DNA of 63,854 nt, the filler included, from Octopus bimaculoides (lineage: Eukaryota), in NCBI RefSeq assembly GCF_001194135.2. It is 5 parts of 4 records of this genome, joined end to end, with 100 filler letters (N's around TTAATTAATTAA, not from the genome) between each part and the next. Parts side by side here need not be neighbours in the genome. Positions count along the whole stretch, not along the records: positions 1 to 12,551 come from NC_068986.1; positions 12,652 to 41,602 come from NC_069004.1; 3 more parts are not named here. One strand, given 5' to 3'. The notes beneath the pieces are model-generated. The model had not been told where the DNA came from and made no database searches. It saw only the letters and a program-made list of their open reading frames with translations. The translations under genes and the position numbers were made by a program. Shown in pieces: positions 1 to 12,958 of the stretch (within the stretch, counting starts at the first letter, position 1; every line of letters begins with the position of its first letter).

Positions 1-69
1 AAGAAGAAGAAGAAGAAGAAGAAGAAGAAGAAGAAGAAGAAGAAGAAGAAGAAGAAGAAGAAGAAGAAA
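1..69 (+). repeat. (AAG)n microsatellite
   Basis: Pure aag repeat at the window start. Confidence 0.99.
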
Positions 70-599
70 TGCCCTGATTCAGTCCAGGCAGTGGATCTCA
101 TGGCTTCTGATCTTCACTGATTGGAAGTGTTGTCATATACATTGGTTGTCTTAGCATAAAAGATGGGCTGCAGCAAATATTTTGCTCACTACCATAGATT
201 TGCTTGTCAGTTGTTTGACCTGAACTAGTTGATCATGTCCTTTAGTGGCTGAGGATATGCATCTCTGACCACGAGCAGAAGTAGTCGGGGAGCATCATAA
301 TCATGTGTTGAAATGAATGCTTTGGGGTTTGGATAATTCAGCTTTGGAAACATGAATGTTTCGTTCATCATCCTAAAATAACCCTTATTCAGGGAAATTT
401 TGGGCGGGGTGGGTTACTAGACCTGACGAAAATTCTAACTGGGCCTTACCTGCAAGGTCATGCGTTGTTTATCTTAATATGATATCACCATGTTGCGAAC
501 ATATGGTTGTGATACATGTGCCTGGTGTAGCCATATCGGACGGGTAGTCATGATGGGTATGCTGGGCTTCGTATGAAGGTATGCACTGTTCTCTCACAC

Positions 600-659
<60 letters not shown>

Positions 660-660
660 T
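70..660 (+). mobile_element. 3' end of a LINE-like repeat with (TAA)n tail
   Basis: 70-600 aligns by eye with the reverse complement of 12960-13400. Both copies end in ...gcactg(t/c)tctctca followed by a (TAA)n run (601-660 here). No intact ORF. Confidence 0.75.
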
Positions 661-698
661 TAAAAAGGATTGATGTAACTCTTCACAAAGCTAAACAG

Positions 699-1090
699 TC
701 AAGGCGAAGAGCGCGATTCGATTGCAATAGATATTTCATTAGTTGAACGATATTTCAAAAGCAAGTCTGTCTTTGTCAAGTTCAACATAAGAAGTGATAA
801 AAATTCAAAATTATAGAAATTTAAATGTAAAGTATGAACGAGAGCAACCAGCGTCCACACATTGATGGAATGATATCATCAGTTTTTAAGTTACAATTTT
901 ATAACAGGCGAAAAGAAAAAGATAGAAAAAACAAGACAGAAAATACGACAGAAAAAAAAGAAAAAGGAACAATATTTAATCAAACAGTTTTGTATAAATT
1001 TGATGATATTCTTCTAAGGCAGACGTACTGTTGAAATATAGTTCAACCAATAAAATATCTATTACAATCGAATCGCGCTCTTCGTCCTGA
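699..1090. mobile_element. MITE with ~75-bp terminal inverted repeats
   Basis: 699-773 (tcaaggcgaagagcgcgattcgattgcaatagatatttcattagttgaac...) is the near reverse complement of 1016-1090 (...gttcaaccaataaaatatctattacaatcgaatcgcgctcttcgtcctga). AT-rich non-coding interior. Confidence 0.85.
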
Positions 1091-1092
1091 TT

Positions 1093-1137
<45 letters not shown>

Positions 1138-1154
1138 TATAATAATAATAATAT

Positions 1155-1488
1155 TGTCATAGGTGCCCTGGGAATGACAGCGAAATGGGCTGATTACTAC
1201 CTAGCTCAGATACCAGGAAACCCCAAAATGGCTGAAGTTCAAAAGATAGTGCTCATGAGAACTGCCCATATCCTACGTAAAATACTGTCTATGTGATCTC
1301 AAATTTTAAAACAAACATAATTTTCTTATGGTTTCTTAAGCATTCTCTAGAACAATACTATGTACAAATCCAAATATAGGGTACCCTAGGCATAACACCA
1401 ACATGAACTTCTAACTTGTTGTCTCTTGAGGTCTCTGGGTGAAACTTGGATCCAACTTGTACAAATGCAAAACAAAAGTCAATCATGA

Positions 1489-1490
<2 letters not shown>
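1155..1490 (+). mobile_element. R4/Dong-like (RLE) non-LTR retrotransposon, 5'-truncated 3' end
   Basis: Translates IGALGMTAKWADYYLAQIPGNPKMAEVQKIVLMRTAHILRKILSM*, the typical C-terminus of R4-clade ORFs, followed by a 3' UTR. (TAA)n on both sides (1095-1150, 1489-1560). Confidence 0.85.
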
Positions 1491-1556
<66 letters not shown>

Positions 1557-1819
1557 TAATAATCCTTTGTGGTATAGGCTCAAAGCCTGGAATATATTTT
1601 GGGATGGGGTCTAACCGATTTAATGGTTTCAAATTGTTGTACATGTCTAGCAGTTTCGGTACAGATAGAAAGTCTATTACATCGTCCGCAGTGCTCAATT
1701 TTTACTCATTTTAATGACCCCGAAAATTTGGTCTCGGTGGGAACTGAACTCGGAATGATAAGAGCTAAAATGAATGCTGCAGCGATTTATTCCCGAAACT
1801 TTAAGTAGTCTACCAACTT

Positions 1820-2030
1820 ATATTATTATCATTATACGTTAACACGCCGGACAAAATGCTTAACTGCCTTTTAAATGCTTAACTGCATTTGTCTGCCTTA
1901 ACGTTCTGAATAGAAATTCCGACGAGTTTATCTTTGCCTTTAATTATTTCGGGGTCGATAAAATATGTACCAATCGAGTAGCGGGGTCAATAACATTGAT
2001 GTTATCAACTACGCCCTTTGCTCCAGAACT
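1820..2030 (+). mobile_element. tRNA-headed SINE family B, decayed copy
   Basis: Matches the young copy at 42545-42774 (acgttaacacgccggacaaaatgctta...ctttgcctttaattatttcggggtcgataaaat). Other approximate copies: 1560-1790(-), 8304-8495, 18320-18690, 33720-33880, 34480-34700, 34765-35010, 40375-40520, 53355-53525, 61205-61415(-). Confidence 0.7.
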
Positions 2031-2851
2031 CATCCTCACTACCCGGAGGATAAACAATTGTTATTATGTTTTGGCTTTGCTTTAATTTATTCAGATCTAA
2101 AAGAGAGACGTCAACGGAAGCAAGATTTTACATCTAAAAATTCTTCTTAAAGTTAGGTACCATACGATCAAAAGAAACTGATGTCAATGTTGAAAGAAAA
2201 TGAAACAACATTAAAAAGATGCTATGCAACACCCATGGAGGACATTTGTTCTTAGTTTCCTCGACTAATACTCCCAAATGCGGTCGGCAAAAAACGTCCA
2301 ACTAACAACGAGACTATAAGCAATCCAACGCAACTACGCAAAGACTCGGTGATGCAGATGAGCTAAGGGAAAAATCTGAAAGAATTATTGTGGCTCTTTT
2401 CACGAAATATGTATGTAATTTTGGGACTAATTAGTGTGTAGAGTAAAGCGCTACCTGGTGTCATCCACAATCGGGGTATATTTCCGCTGGATATATTTCA
2501 GTAATTCCACAGCGTTAACTGAGATAATATTTATTGACGATTTAGCACTAGTTTATATTCAGTACGACGATCGTTTCGAGTCATCCAGCAACCGTCTGTT
2601 ATGGGTAGGATTTTGTGCATCTAATACTGTTGCATCAATCTTTGCAGTTTGTGTCTCATTCGGTGCATGCATAAAGAAGGAGCTGACACGGCTGTCCCGC
2701 TAAATTTGCTGAGATGTTCTTGGTATATTGTTCGAGGCTTATGTATTTTAGGTAGTTGCAGGATGAGTCGAAATGATCGTCGCACCGAATGAAGACTAAT
2801 TCCAAATCTATCTTCCGTTTCCTTTACCAAATATAATAATAATAATAATAT

Positions 2852-2900
<49 letters not shown>

Positions 2901-3210
2901 CATCATCATCATCATCATCATCACCACCACCATTATTTTAGTGTCTTTGCACAGCTTTTAACCCTGGATAGGTACTGCGGTGTCAGCTGTTCACTCCGCA
3001 GTGAAGGCAATGAATATTTAAATTTGTGAATTGGACGCGGTGAATGCGATGAATATTTAAGTTTGCGAAAAATTGGAGTTCAAAAAAATTGAAGAAATTT
3101 CTTAGAACATGAATTTAAAAAAGCTTTTAATACTTGCTTTCTTTTGGTGCTTTTAATAATTGTTACATACCTAATTAATAAGCAACTTTCTTCATTATAG
3201 TATGGATTAT

Positions 3211-3241
<31 letters not shown>

Positions 3242-3796
3242 CTAGCAGCTAAACCCGGTTTCACCCGGTCTGTTTGGATGATGTGGCTGTGATCGTTTTC
3301 GGTTAGGCATAATCTATAACAGCGTTTCTCAACCTTATCATTTCGGGTCCCCTGTTTTGATTGGAGCCTCTAGCTGTTTGGAGATTTCTTCAACCCCCTG
3401 TCAGAAAATGGCTTCAGGAGTTGTGAAGAAAGAATTTGCACGTAGTCTGTTTCTGGGAGCTATTCTATTGGACTTCTGTATAATCATTAAAACATTTATT
3501 TAATTATGAACATAGAAAGAAATTATACATTAATCCCAATTTTTGTAAGCAGTTGTATCTGTAAACATTTTATTTGCAGAGAGCAGAAATTGAAAGATAT
3601 ATGAAATGGACGTGCATGTGTGTGTGTGTGCGTGCGTGTGTGTGTATGTGAGAGAAAAGGAGGGTGAGAAAGAGAGATAGAGTGAATGAGTGAAGTTGTG
3701 TGTCATTGACTTACATTGGCTGGCACGGCAAGTACGAAGCTTTTGAGGTGGCAGATGGCTGGGGTGAATTGGAAGATGTGAAGAAATGCCGTTTTT

Positions 3797-4205
3797 TTCA
3801 CTGGAGCACTACTTTGTAGGCAACGTTTCTCGTTTTCCCTTCTGATGCACAAATGTATAGACTTGTGGCCTGCCAACACGGGAGCATCCAACGTAATGTT
3901 GACCGTGGGAGAACACTTGCTCTGTGAGATTTAAACCGACCATTTGCAATGATAGACCCTGTGCCTTATTTATTGCCATTGCAAAAGAGAGTTTGACAGG
4001 AAATTGAAGCCGCTTAAACTTGTAGATCCTATCGGAGGGAGGGAGGGACATTGGAGTTATAAGAGTTATTTTACATCTTGACCAGCGGCCGGTCCATTCA
4101 AGATGGTTGCTTGTAAAACTCGGGAATATAAATATTGATTATCATGCACGTGCCGTAACACATTATTAGAGCATCCAAATTCCACAGCAGCATGATGGGC
4201 ACACT
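3797..4205 (-). pseudogene. Helitron PIF1-type helicase C-terminal fragment (frameshifted)
   Basis: VPIMLLWNLDA...CYGT; VLQATILNGPAAGQDV; KFKRLQFPVKLSFAMAINKAQGLSLQMVGLNLTEQVFSHGQHYVGCSRV; EGKTRNVAYKVVLQ*. These match the Helitron RepHel helicase motifs FAMTINKAQG and FSHGQLYVACSRV. Confidence 0.93.
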
Positions 4206-4212
4206 TCCTCAG

Positions 4213-5045
4213 ACCTTTCCAGGAATTAATTCCTCCTCCCCGGAACTTTCCAGGAAGTAATTCCTCCTCCTCTACGGACATTTCCAGGAAGTAATTCCTT
4301 CACTTTCTCCCCTTCCTCGGAACTTTCCAGGAAGTAATTCCTCCATTACTCCCTTCCTTTGAACTTTCCGGGAAGTAAATCCTCCCCTTCTTCACCCTCC
4401 TTGGAAATTTCCAGGAAGTAATTCCACCCATTCCTTCCCTTCCTTGAAACTTTACACGATGTAATTCCTCATCATTCTCGGAGATTTCCACGAAGTAATT
4501 CCTCCCCTCCTCCAAATCCTTGGAACATTCCAGGAAGAAATTAACGAACCTCGGAACTTCCAAGGTTCCAGGAACTAACACCATCGGAACTTTCCAGGAA
4601 GTAGTTCATTTTTGGATTTTCCAGGAAATCATCGGAACTTTCCAGGATATCCAAACCCGGAACTTTTCAGGAAGTGACTTATCCCCGGATCTTTCCAGAA
4701 CAACCTCGAAACTTTCCAGGAAGTAGCTCATCCTCGGAACTTTCCAGGAATTCCAATCCTCGAAACTTTCCAAGAAGTAGCCCATCCTCGGATTTTTCGA
4801 GGTAATCCTCAGAACTTTCTAGGAAGTCCAATCCTCGGGACTTTCCAGGAAATCCAATCCTTGGAACTTTCCAGGAAGTAGCTCATCTTTGTGTCTTTTC
4901 ATGTAATCCTCGGAACTTTCAAAGAAGTAGCTCATTCTCGTATCTTTCCAGGTAATCCTCGGAACTTTCCAGGAAGACCAATTATTGTAACTTTCCAGGA
5001 AGTATCCCATCCTCGGATCTTTCCAGGAAGTAGCTCATCCTCGGA
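4213..5045. repeat. Imperfect minisatellite, ~25-45 bp units, core cctcGGAACTTTCCAGGAAGTa
   Basis: Roughly 20 or more copies of ttcc(a/g)ggaa-type cores counted by eye, inside the Helitron. Confidence 0.92.
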
Positions 5046-5253
5046 AAAGGAAAACCCTTGGAAAACAGTTTATAGCAGAGACTCCATCAAAGAAGATCTG
5101 AAGAAGGAATTGTAATTCCAAAATATCATCGGATAACTAAATTACAACACGTATATAGTCCATTATGTTGTTATATAGTGTATCGTTGTACCATTCTAAA
5201 CTTCTTATACTTTACAAACAATACACAATGCTTCAAGCGAACTACAATACTCT

Positions 5254-5301
<48 letters not shown>

Positions 5302-6444
5302 TGCTCAACACCACATTGGTGGATATAATTTCTTTTTTTGTGAATTGATGTTACCATTGGTTTCATGCTAAGGAAAGTAGGAAAATATCCCAGTGACTTA
5401 CCAATTTTTTAAACCAATCATATAGAGAAAGTTGTTCGCAGGAGTCTTTTTTTCCCAAAATGAAGGCGAACACCTTTTGGATCTTTTTTAAAACGGGGGC
5501 CACATTTTTCATTAACGAAACACTTTGAAACTTGGAACACTGTTAGAATGTGTCATATAAAACATCTTTTTCTCTTAGTCTTCTTTAAAAAAAAAGAAAT
5601 CNNNNNNNNNNNNNNNNNNNNNNNNNNNNNNNNNNNNNNNNNNNNNNNNNNNNNNNNNNNNNNNNNNNNNNNNNNNNNNNNNNNNNNNNNNNNNNNNNNN
5701 NNNNNNNNNNNNNNNNNNNNNNNNNNNNNNNNNNNNNNNNNNNNNNNNNNNNNNNNNNNNNNNNNNNNNNNNNNNNNNNNNNNNNNNNNNNNNNNNNNNN
5801 NNNNNNNNNNNNNNNNNNNNNNNNNNNNNNNNNNNNNNNNNNNNNNNNNNNNNNNNNNNNNNNNNNNNNNNNNNNNNNNNNNNNNNNNNNNNNNNNNNNN
5901 NNNNNNNNNNNNNNNNNNNNNNNNNNNNNNNNNNNNNNNNNNNNNNNNNNNNNNNNNNNNNNNNNNNNNNNNNNNNNNNNNNNNNNNNNNNNNNNNNNNN
6001 NNNNNNNNNNNNNNNNNNNNNNNNNNNNNNNNNNNNNNNNNNNNNNNNNNNNNNNNNNNNNNNNNNNNNNNNNNNNNNNNNNNNNNNNNNNNNNNNNNNN
6101 NNNNNNNNNNNNNNNNNNNNNNNNNNNNNNNNNNNNNNNNNNNNNNNNNNNNNNNNNNNNNNNNNNNNNNNNNNNNNNNNNNNNNNNNNNNNNNNNNNNN
6201 NNNNNNNNNNNNNNNNNNNNNNNNNNNNNNNNNNNNNNNNNNNNNNNNNNNNNNNNNNNNNNNNNNNNNNNNNNNNNNNNNNNNNNNNNNNNNNNNNNNN
6301 NNNNNNNNNNNNNNNNNNNNNNNNNNNNNNNNNNNNNNNNNNNNNNNNNNNTATATATATATTCGGTGCTCCAGCATGGCCGCAGTCAAATGACTTAAAC
6401 AGGTAAAAGAATAAAAGAATATAAATAAATAGCTGGGTAGATAC

Positions 6445-6485
<41 letters not shown>

Positions 6486-6791
6486 AAGAGACATAAATAT
6501 ATAGATAGATAGAGAAAGAGAGAGATAACTTCATAGGGTCTTCGGGAGGGATGTAGTTACTGTACACGGACACAGGAATTTCATGGTATCCCAGAATATA
6601 TTCGCGCATGTTTAAGTCTTGCATTCTCAATGTAGTCTCCAATAAAATTCCTCACAGACATCTTGCTTCCAAACATATTTATTTGTACGCATGTTTGTGC
6701 GAGTATGCATGCGTACCTGCGTATACACAAAACACTTATATACATAAGTATACATACATATATACACACATATATATAGGTATGCACATAT

Positions 6792-6838
<47 letters not shown>

Positions 6839-6904
6839 NNNNNNNNNNATAGATATTTACATGTACACACACATATATGTATGCACGCTGAAACATCTAC
6901 GTAA

Positions 6905-6941
<37 letters not shown>

Positions 6942-7052
6942 CATAAACACAGATCTTCAAATATCTGCGTGCGCGCGTGGATATATAAGTATGTATATGT
7001 GTGTGTATGTATGTGTGTGTATGTATGTGTGCGTGTGCGTGTGCGTGTGTGT

Positions 7053-7091
<39 letters not shown>

Positions 7092-8904
7092 TGTGTGTAA
7101 GCATGTGTGAAATTGGACAAGTTAGCGCGCTTTCATCTATTAACAACTCCCAAGGGGGAATTCTTCAAAAGCATAGTTTCATGTTAAACCCTCTATCGCT
7201 GTTTATACCTTCATATTCAACTATCCCTCGACCTACCCATTTACCCGACCAACCAAATTTATCCCTCCACCCATCCACCATCACCCCAACCAACCTGCCT
7301 ACTAACCAGCCAACCACCTAAGATAGTTGCTTGTTAACCGGACGTTCTCGACCGGAAGATATTAAATGCGACGTCGTCCATCAGTTTACAGTTTACACGA
7401 CACGGTTTCATATTAGCCCATTGTTTCTACAATGTTGCTTTAACACCCGACCTTTGCAACCCTGAATTTCATTTATTTATTTTTGAATGCTTTTTGTTTG
7501 TTTATTTATTTTATATTCAACCATCGTCTAAATAATTCATTTCTCCACACCATCCTTCACCCCCAACTTTTCTTTTTCATTTTACTCCATCACGAAACCC
7601 CTTTACTTTTTACATACTCAAGAAGAACGACGAGCTATAGTTATGGTATCGTGTGCTTGGGTTGTGACGGGTGAAAATAGGGACCAATAAGCGGTGGTTG
7701 TTTAGATGTTGGGGGTTAATGCGAGGAAAGGGTTCACTTAAATCTCCTTACTGGAGTAGTGAAATTTTGTGGAGTGACGTCTCCTCGTTTCTTTCTTCCT
7801 TTCTTTTCTTCTCTCCTTCTTATTTCTTTTTATCTTCTTATTCGCTCATTTTATTTTTCCATGTTGTACTTTTTCGTTTTAATTGTCCCTTTACCGAGTG
7901 GTGAAGGGTCATAATTCCTGTTTTTTTTTCTATCATTATCATTTGATCTCTGGTTTAAGTATCTCATTTGTTTACCCTTAACACGTCAGGAAATATACAC
8001 ACACTCATACATAGAGATTCTTGGACATGCATATACAGTAAAATTTGTACGCCTCAAGGCAAAAAAACTCACACATATGCAGACTCACATGCCTGCACCA
8101 CTCACATGCATATATATAATTTACACTCGAGCGTACGTACAAGCGTTTAATGGGGTGGCTTGACCTAGTAGAAATATTAAGCAAGTATACCTGAAATTAC
8201 ACTTAATTTTTTTGTTTGATTGTTCGTTTTTTTGTTGAAGTAATGAAAGTCACATTGCATAATACTAAATATACTGAAATAATATGGAATGGTTATTGTT
8301 AGCACGCAGGGGAAAATGCCTGGCGGTATTTTGTCCATCTTTACGTTGAGTTCAATTTTCACCAAGGTCACCTTCACCTTTCATCGTTTCGGGGGCGATA
8401 AAAAAAAGTTCCAGTTGAAGATTGGAGTCGTTGTAATCAACTTACCTCCTCTCCGGAACTTTCTGGCCATGTACCAAAATTTGAAGCCAATTATATCTTA
8501 AATCCTTAAAAAAAAAAGGAAGGACACATTTGCTAATGTACTTTTGCATATATGAGTAGTAAAAATATACAGGATGATCATGGCTGGAAAATCTTTGGTC
8601 GTAAGTTTGCAAGACTGCACAACATGACACAGATATTTTTGTGAGCGGATATTATTATAAATAGAAATTGAGAAAACCTATAAAAGGGAGATTACTATTA
8701 GTTGTGTCAATACACAAACAGAAGGTCGTCAAAGTAAATGTTTCATGTGATTTATTATAAATCACATTAAGCTTAAATATGTCAACACCAGAACTGATTA
8801 TTAGTGCTAGAGTAAAGGCGGAGGACAGTACGAACCTTCAGAACAAGGATCAAAATACCTTATAGTTTTTATTCCGACTTCTTAAATCCAATATTTTTCA
8901 TACA

Positions 8905-8999
<95 letters not shown>

Positions 9000-9409
9000 C
9001 CGGTCAAATCTCATGCGAATTAACATGGTATCTATTGGTGACAATGTAACTTTCATTTAACTAAGGTACATTTGGCCCGATAAGTAGCTAGTGGAGCACC
9101 CTTCGTTAAGTAATTACTGCTTCCGAGGTTCTGCTAGCTAGGAAACATATGTAGCCTGGATTTTACCTGCTCGGTTCCCTAAATTTGGATTTTTATTCGC
9201 ATATATAGTGACCCATTTGGATTTTTATTCGCATATATAGCAACCCATAGTTGCTAACTATGAAGTGTAAAATAACCTTTTACAGCTTATCGAATTTCGA
9301 TTCGGGAAAAATTTACAACCTTCTACGCCAATAAACCACTATTGTTCATACCATGTACGGACTGCTCGAAGCTTATTATCTTCCTACAATTTGATCCTCG
9401 GAAATTACC

Positions 9410-9495
<86 letters not shown>

Positions 9496-9599
9496 ATTAT
9501 ATTTATATGTAACCACACATATAAAACGTACATACATACATACAGACAGATAGATAGACATAAACTGGAAATCTCCACACAAATAGTGATATCGACAGA

Positions 9600-10440
9600 T
9601 TATTGCTAAGAAGAGATGAAGGAGACAAATGTTTGAGATCAGTGTATCTCAAACGACAACAGTAAAAGTAGAGAACAACATCCGGTAGCGAGCTCCTCGA
9701 GAAACACTCTGTTCCTAATGACCGCTACATCACTCTTCAAACACTGCATTTGTAATCCAAGAACAAGAGATTGCTACAAAATACTTAATAAACGAATGCG
9801 ACAGCGAAGTTTTCGGAGCTCTGAGATGCAACCGAAAATGTAGACTATGTCATATTTCTGTGCAAGATATCACACGTGATCAGTTGCTGCCTCGAAATGT
9901 CATCAATGTACGACCTTCCTATGCGGCTTGACATTATCGCAAAATCAATATACACTGCCATTCGGAAAAAGAAAAACTGTCCTGGTAAAATTATAGAGAG
10001 TACCCACCATCGTTGAACAGATATACAAACATCTGCACAAGTAATACTGATGGAACATTTCCACCAGAACATTTGTCAAGTGGAAACATAACAGGCCGGA
10101 TATTGTCGTCTGGACATCCAAGAAAGAAGTTTGTACGTCATAGAGGTCCGCTGTCCTGCTGATGTGAATATTACTTTAAGCATCAAAGAAAAAGAAGCTA
10201 ACTATGGACAACTGCTCCAAAACCTACAGCTTCTATATACAGATTATAAATTCATATTTATACCAATTATAATTAATGTACTTGGTTATATGGGCATGTG
10301 CCTAACTGCCAATCTTGATAAGTTAGGGTTTTCAGAAAAAGAAATCAACCAGCTGATTCGCACATTACAAGTACAATGTGTAAGTGGGTCCAGGAAAATT
10401 AAGCAAGACTTTCTCAGGTTTGAAATATGACGTTGATTTT
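9600..10440 (+). mobile_element. R4/Dong-like RLE retrotransposon 3' fragment (TACA-associated family)
   Basis: Decayed FVIQEQEIATKYL; zinc knuckle CRLCH...DITHVISCC; HNRPDIVVW; VIEVRCPADVNITLSIKEKEANYGQLLQNLQLLY. Same family as 29677-31260. (CATA)n at 9530-9543 and 10526-10557. Confidence 0.9.
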
Positions 10441-10527
10441 GTATTCTACATTCTACCGATGTTGCTTTGTAGGAAATCAGTTCCTTTCGCAGAGGAAGAC
10501 TCAAGTAATTTAAATGACAAAAAATCA

Positions 10528-10558
<31 letters not shown>

Positions 10559-10836
10559 TACAATGTATATTGCAATAGATATTAAAATAGATAATACCAA
10601 GTAGACTCCCCCTTTTTCTCTCTCATGTTTCTCTCTCTTTTGCATTTTTCTTGGTGACTTCTTCTTTGTGATATAATGCTTGGGAAAGAATATATTTTCA
10701 GCTGAAGATAGCTTTATGCCATCCTGTCTACCAATTATACACCCATATAATGATGCAACGACTGTTTGTGTATAAAGCTTGAAACACGTGTACCGCGGAA
10801 TCCTCCTTTGTGTTCTGTTTTAATTTTACGTTTTTA

Positions 10837-10875
<39 letters not shown>

Positions 10876-11416
10876 CACACACATAATCTACACGTACACA
10901 TATTTATAATCTTGAGCATACATATGCAATATATGTATATATGAATATATGTAGACTATAATTGTGTGTGCGTGTGTGTATATGTGCGAGCGCGAGCGCG
11001 TGCTATCCCACTTTTATTTTTGTTTTATCCTGTGGTCCTTCATTTATCATCATTGTTCAATCTCCTTGTATACCTTGTTGTTGTTGCTGCTAATGCTGCT
11101 GCTGGTACATCCCTATTTTGCTAACCATGAAGGTTTACATCGCATCACAAATCACATTGTTTCCTTCTCTTCTGCAATTCCTCCTTCTTCTTCTTCTACA
11201 GGTATCACAATCACCACCACCACCATCACCACCACCAACACCACTACCACCACCACCACCACCACAACGAACACCACCAACACCACCAACCCCACCACCA
11301 ACACCAAGAAATATTACTACCTCTATCCCCACCACGCCTATGCGCATGCCACTTTACTTGCTGCAGATAGCAAGCATATTGCATACTCTTGAATACAATA
11401 ATACAGTGTGTATATA

Positions 11417-11463
<47 letters not shown>

Positions 11464-12048
11464 NNNNNNNNNNNNNNNNNNNNNNNNNNNNNNNNNNNNN
11501 NNNNNNNNNNNNNNNNNNNNNNNNNNNNNNNNNNNNNNNNNNNNNNNNNNNNNNNNNNNNNNNNNNNNNNNNNNNNNNNNNNNNNNNNNNNNNNNNNNNN
11601 NNNNNNNNNNNNNNNNNNNNNNNNNNNNNNNNNNNNNNNNNNNNNNNNNNNNNNNNNNNNNNNNNNNNNNNNNNNNNNNNNNNNNNNNNNNNNNNNNNNN
11701 NNNNNNNNNNNNNNNNNNNNNNNNNNNNNNNNNNNNNNNNNNNNNNNNNNNNNNNNNNNNNNNNNNNNNNNNNNNNNNNNNNNNNNNNNNNNNNNNNNNN
11801 NNNNNNNNNNNCACACATTATGAGATGAACGGAAAAGCATTAAGTATTATTGCTGCGAAACATTAATTTCAGAGTCCGAAAAATAGTTATTTAGCGGGAG
11901 CAGGTATAAGGCTTTCTAACTTTTCTGGCTTTACCCTATTTCCCCCGTTTTCACTGTCTTTATTCATTTATTAATCTATTTCTTTATTTTTCTTTTCTTT
12001 GTTTTTTTTTTTTAATATTCTTTTATATTTTATGTGTGTTTTCTTGCA

Positions 12049-12149
12049 GGAAATTGGTGAAACACAGGAGAAATCTGGACGAAACGATGGCTTGTGCAGA
12101 CATTACAAAAATTTTGCTGAAACGCCTGATTGTAGGAGGTTAGACTGTA
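12049..12149 (+). other. Candidate upstream exon of the receptor gene (could encode MACADITKILLKRLIVG, phase-1 end)
   Basis: Strong acceptor tgtgttttcttgcag, then ATG at 12087, then donor ag|gttaga. The phase is compatible with exon 24784, but the peptide is not a convincing signal peptide. Confidence 0.25.
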
Positions 12150-12515
12150 TCTCTTTCAGTCTATGCATTGCCAAAATTTCGAATGATTTAAATAACGATC
12201 TTCATATTGTTAGTGTTGGAAGCCATAGTATAATCATGTACATATACATACATACATACGTACTTACGTACAGGCATACATATCTGCATATTTACAGTTG
12301 CTCTTTGAAACGCCGGTGTTGAAACGGGGGTAGCTGATGAAGGAAAATATTCTCTATGTGGCTTGTGTGTTTTCTGTACTCTGATTATCATTATTTTCTT
12401 GTCTACGTTTTGTTTGCAATGTCCTGTACCCAGATATGCACCTATACATACAGGTGGATGTAGGTATGCACATACCTGTACGTATATATGCATATACTCA
12501 TTTACTATTTGTTTT

Positions 12516-12551
<36 letters not shown>

Positions 12552-12908
12552 NNNNNNNNNNNNNNNNNNNNNNNNNNNNNNNNNNNNNNNNNNNNTTAAT
12601 TAATTAANNNNNNNNNNNNNNNNNNNNNNNNNNNNNNNNNNNNNNNNNNNNCGGTGTTGGTTTTGCGTGTATGATCGCACGTGTTTCACTGAGACATCGT
12701 GCATAGGAGGACCTGTGCTTTGTATGGCAGTAAAATTTCATTTTTTAAGAATAAGAAATATTTTTTTAAAATTATCTTCGTTAAAAGACCGGTTCCTTCA
12801 AATCTTCCACCGGTTCTTTTGCCTAATTCCATCGATGTTATTGGATTAGATTTGTTTTTGTGTAGGGAGCCCGGTGTAGCACATTCATGTTGTTATTCAG
12901 CCCGGTGC

Positions 12909-12958
<50 letters not shown>

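Larger units (their letters stand above)
3242..5250 (-). mobile_element. Non-autonomous Helitron derivative
   Basis: The minus strand ends ...gaccgggtgaaaccgggtttagctgCTAG|t (CTAG 3' terminus at 3245-3242 with a degenerate GC-rich subterminal hairpin). It contains a PIF1 helicase remnant. Flanked by (TA)n on both sides. 5' boundary uncertain. Confidence 0.8.

Noticed and set aside
4213-5045. CRISPR-like array
   Set aside because: Eukaryotic context, the spacers are related to each other and irregular, and there are no cas genes. It is a minisatellite.
6520-6700. Unique GC-richer island between microsatellites with short open frames
   Set aside because: No splice-site pair or recognisable motif, so it cannot be assigned without a search.
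10640-10790. Minus-strand open frame YTQTVVASLYGCII, weakly RTE-like
   Set aside because: Similarity is too weak to call by eye.
11118-11417. Pro/Thr-rich extensin- or mucin-like ORF
   Set aside because: Derived from (CAC/CAA)n and (TTG/CTG)n repeats, with no splice or homology support.
12300-12360. GAAAC...CTGATGA hammerhead-like boxes (also 33115-33170 and 51115-51160 on the minus strand)
   Set aside because: The boxes are in permuted order, and I could not form helix I for a type II fold. No GAAA follows CTGATGA. These are probably Penelope-like termini, but not supportable as ribozymes.
12596-12607. TTAATTAATTAA islands inside N runs (also 41647-41658, 54834-54845, 62266-62277)
   Set aside because: At 12596, 41647 and 62266 the motif has 44 N on each side (100 bp total), and 54834 shows the same layout. 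The 12-mer has stops in all six frames. This is a scaffolding linker, not biology, and it marks gaps of unknown size.
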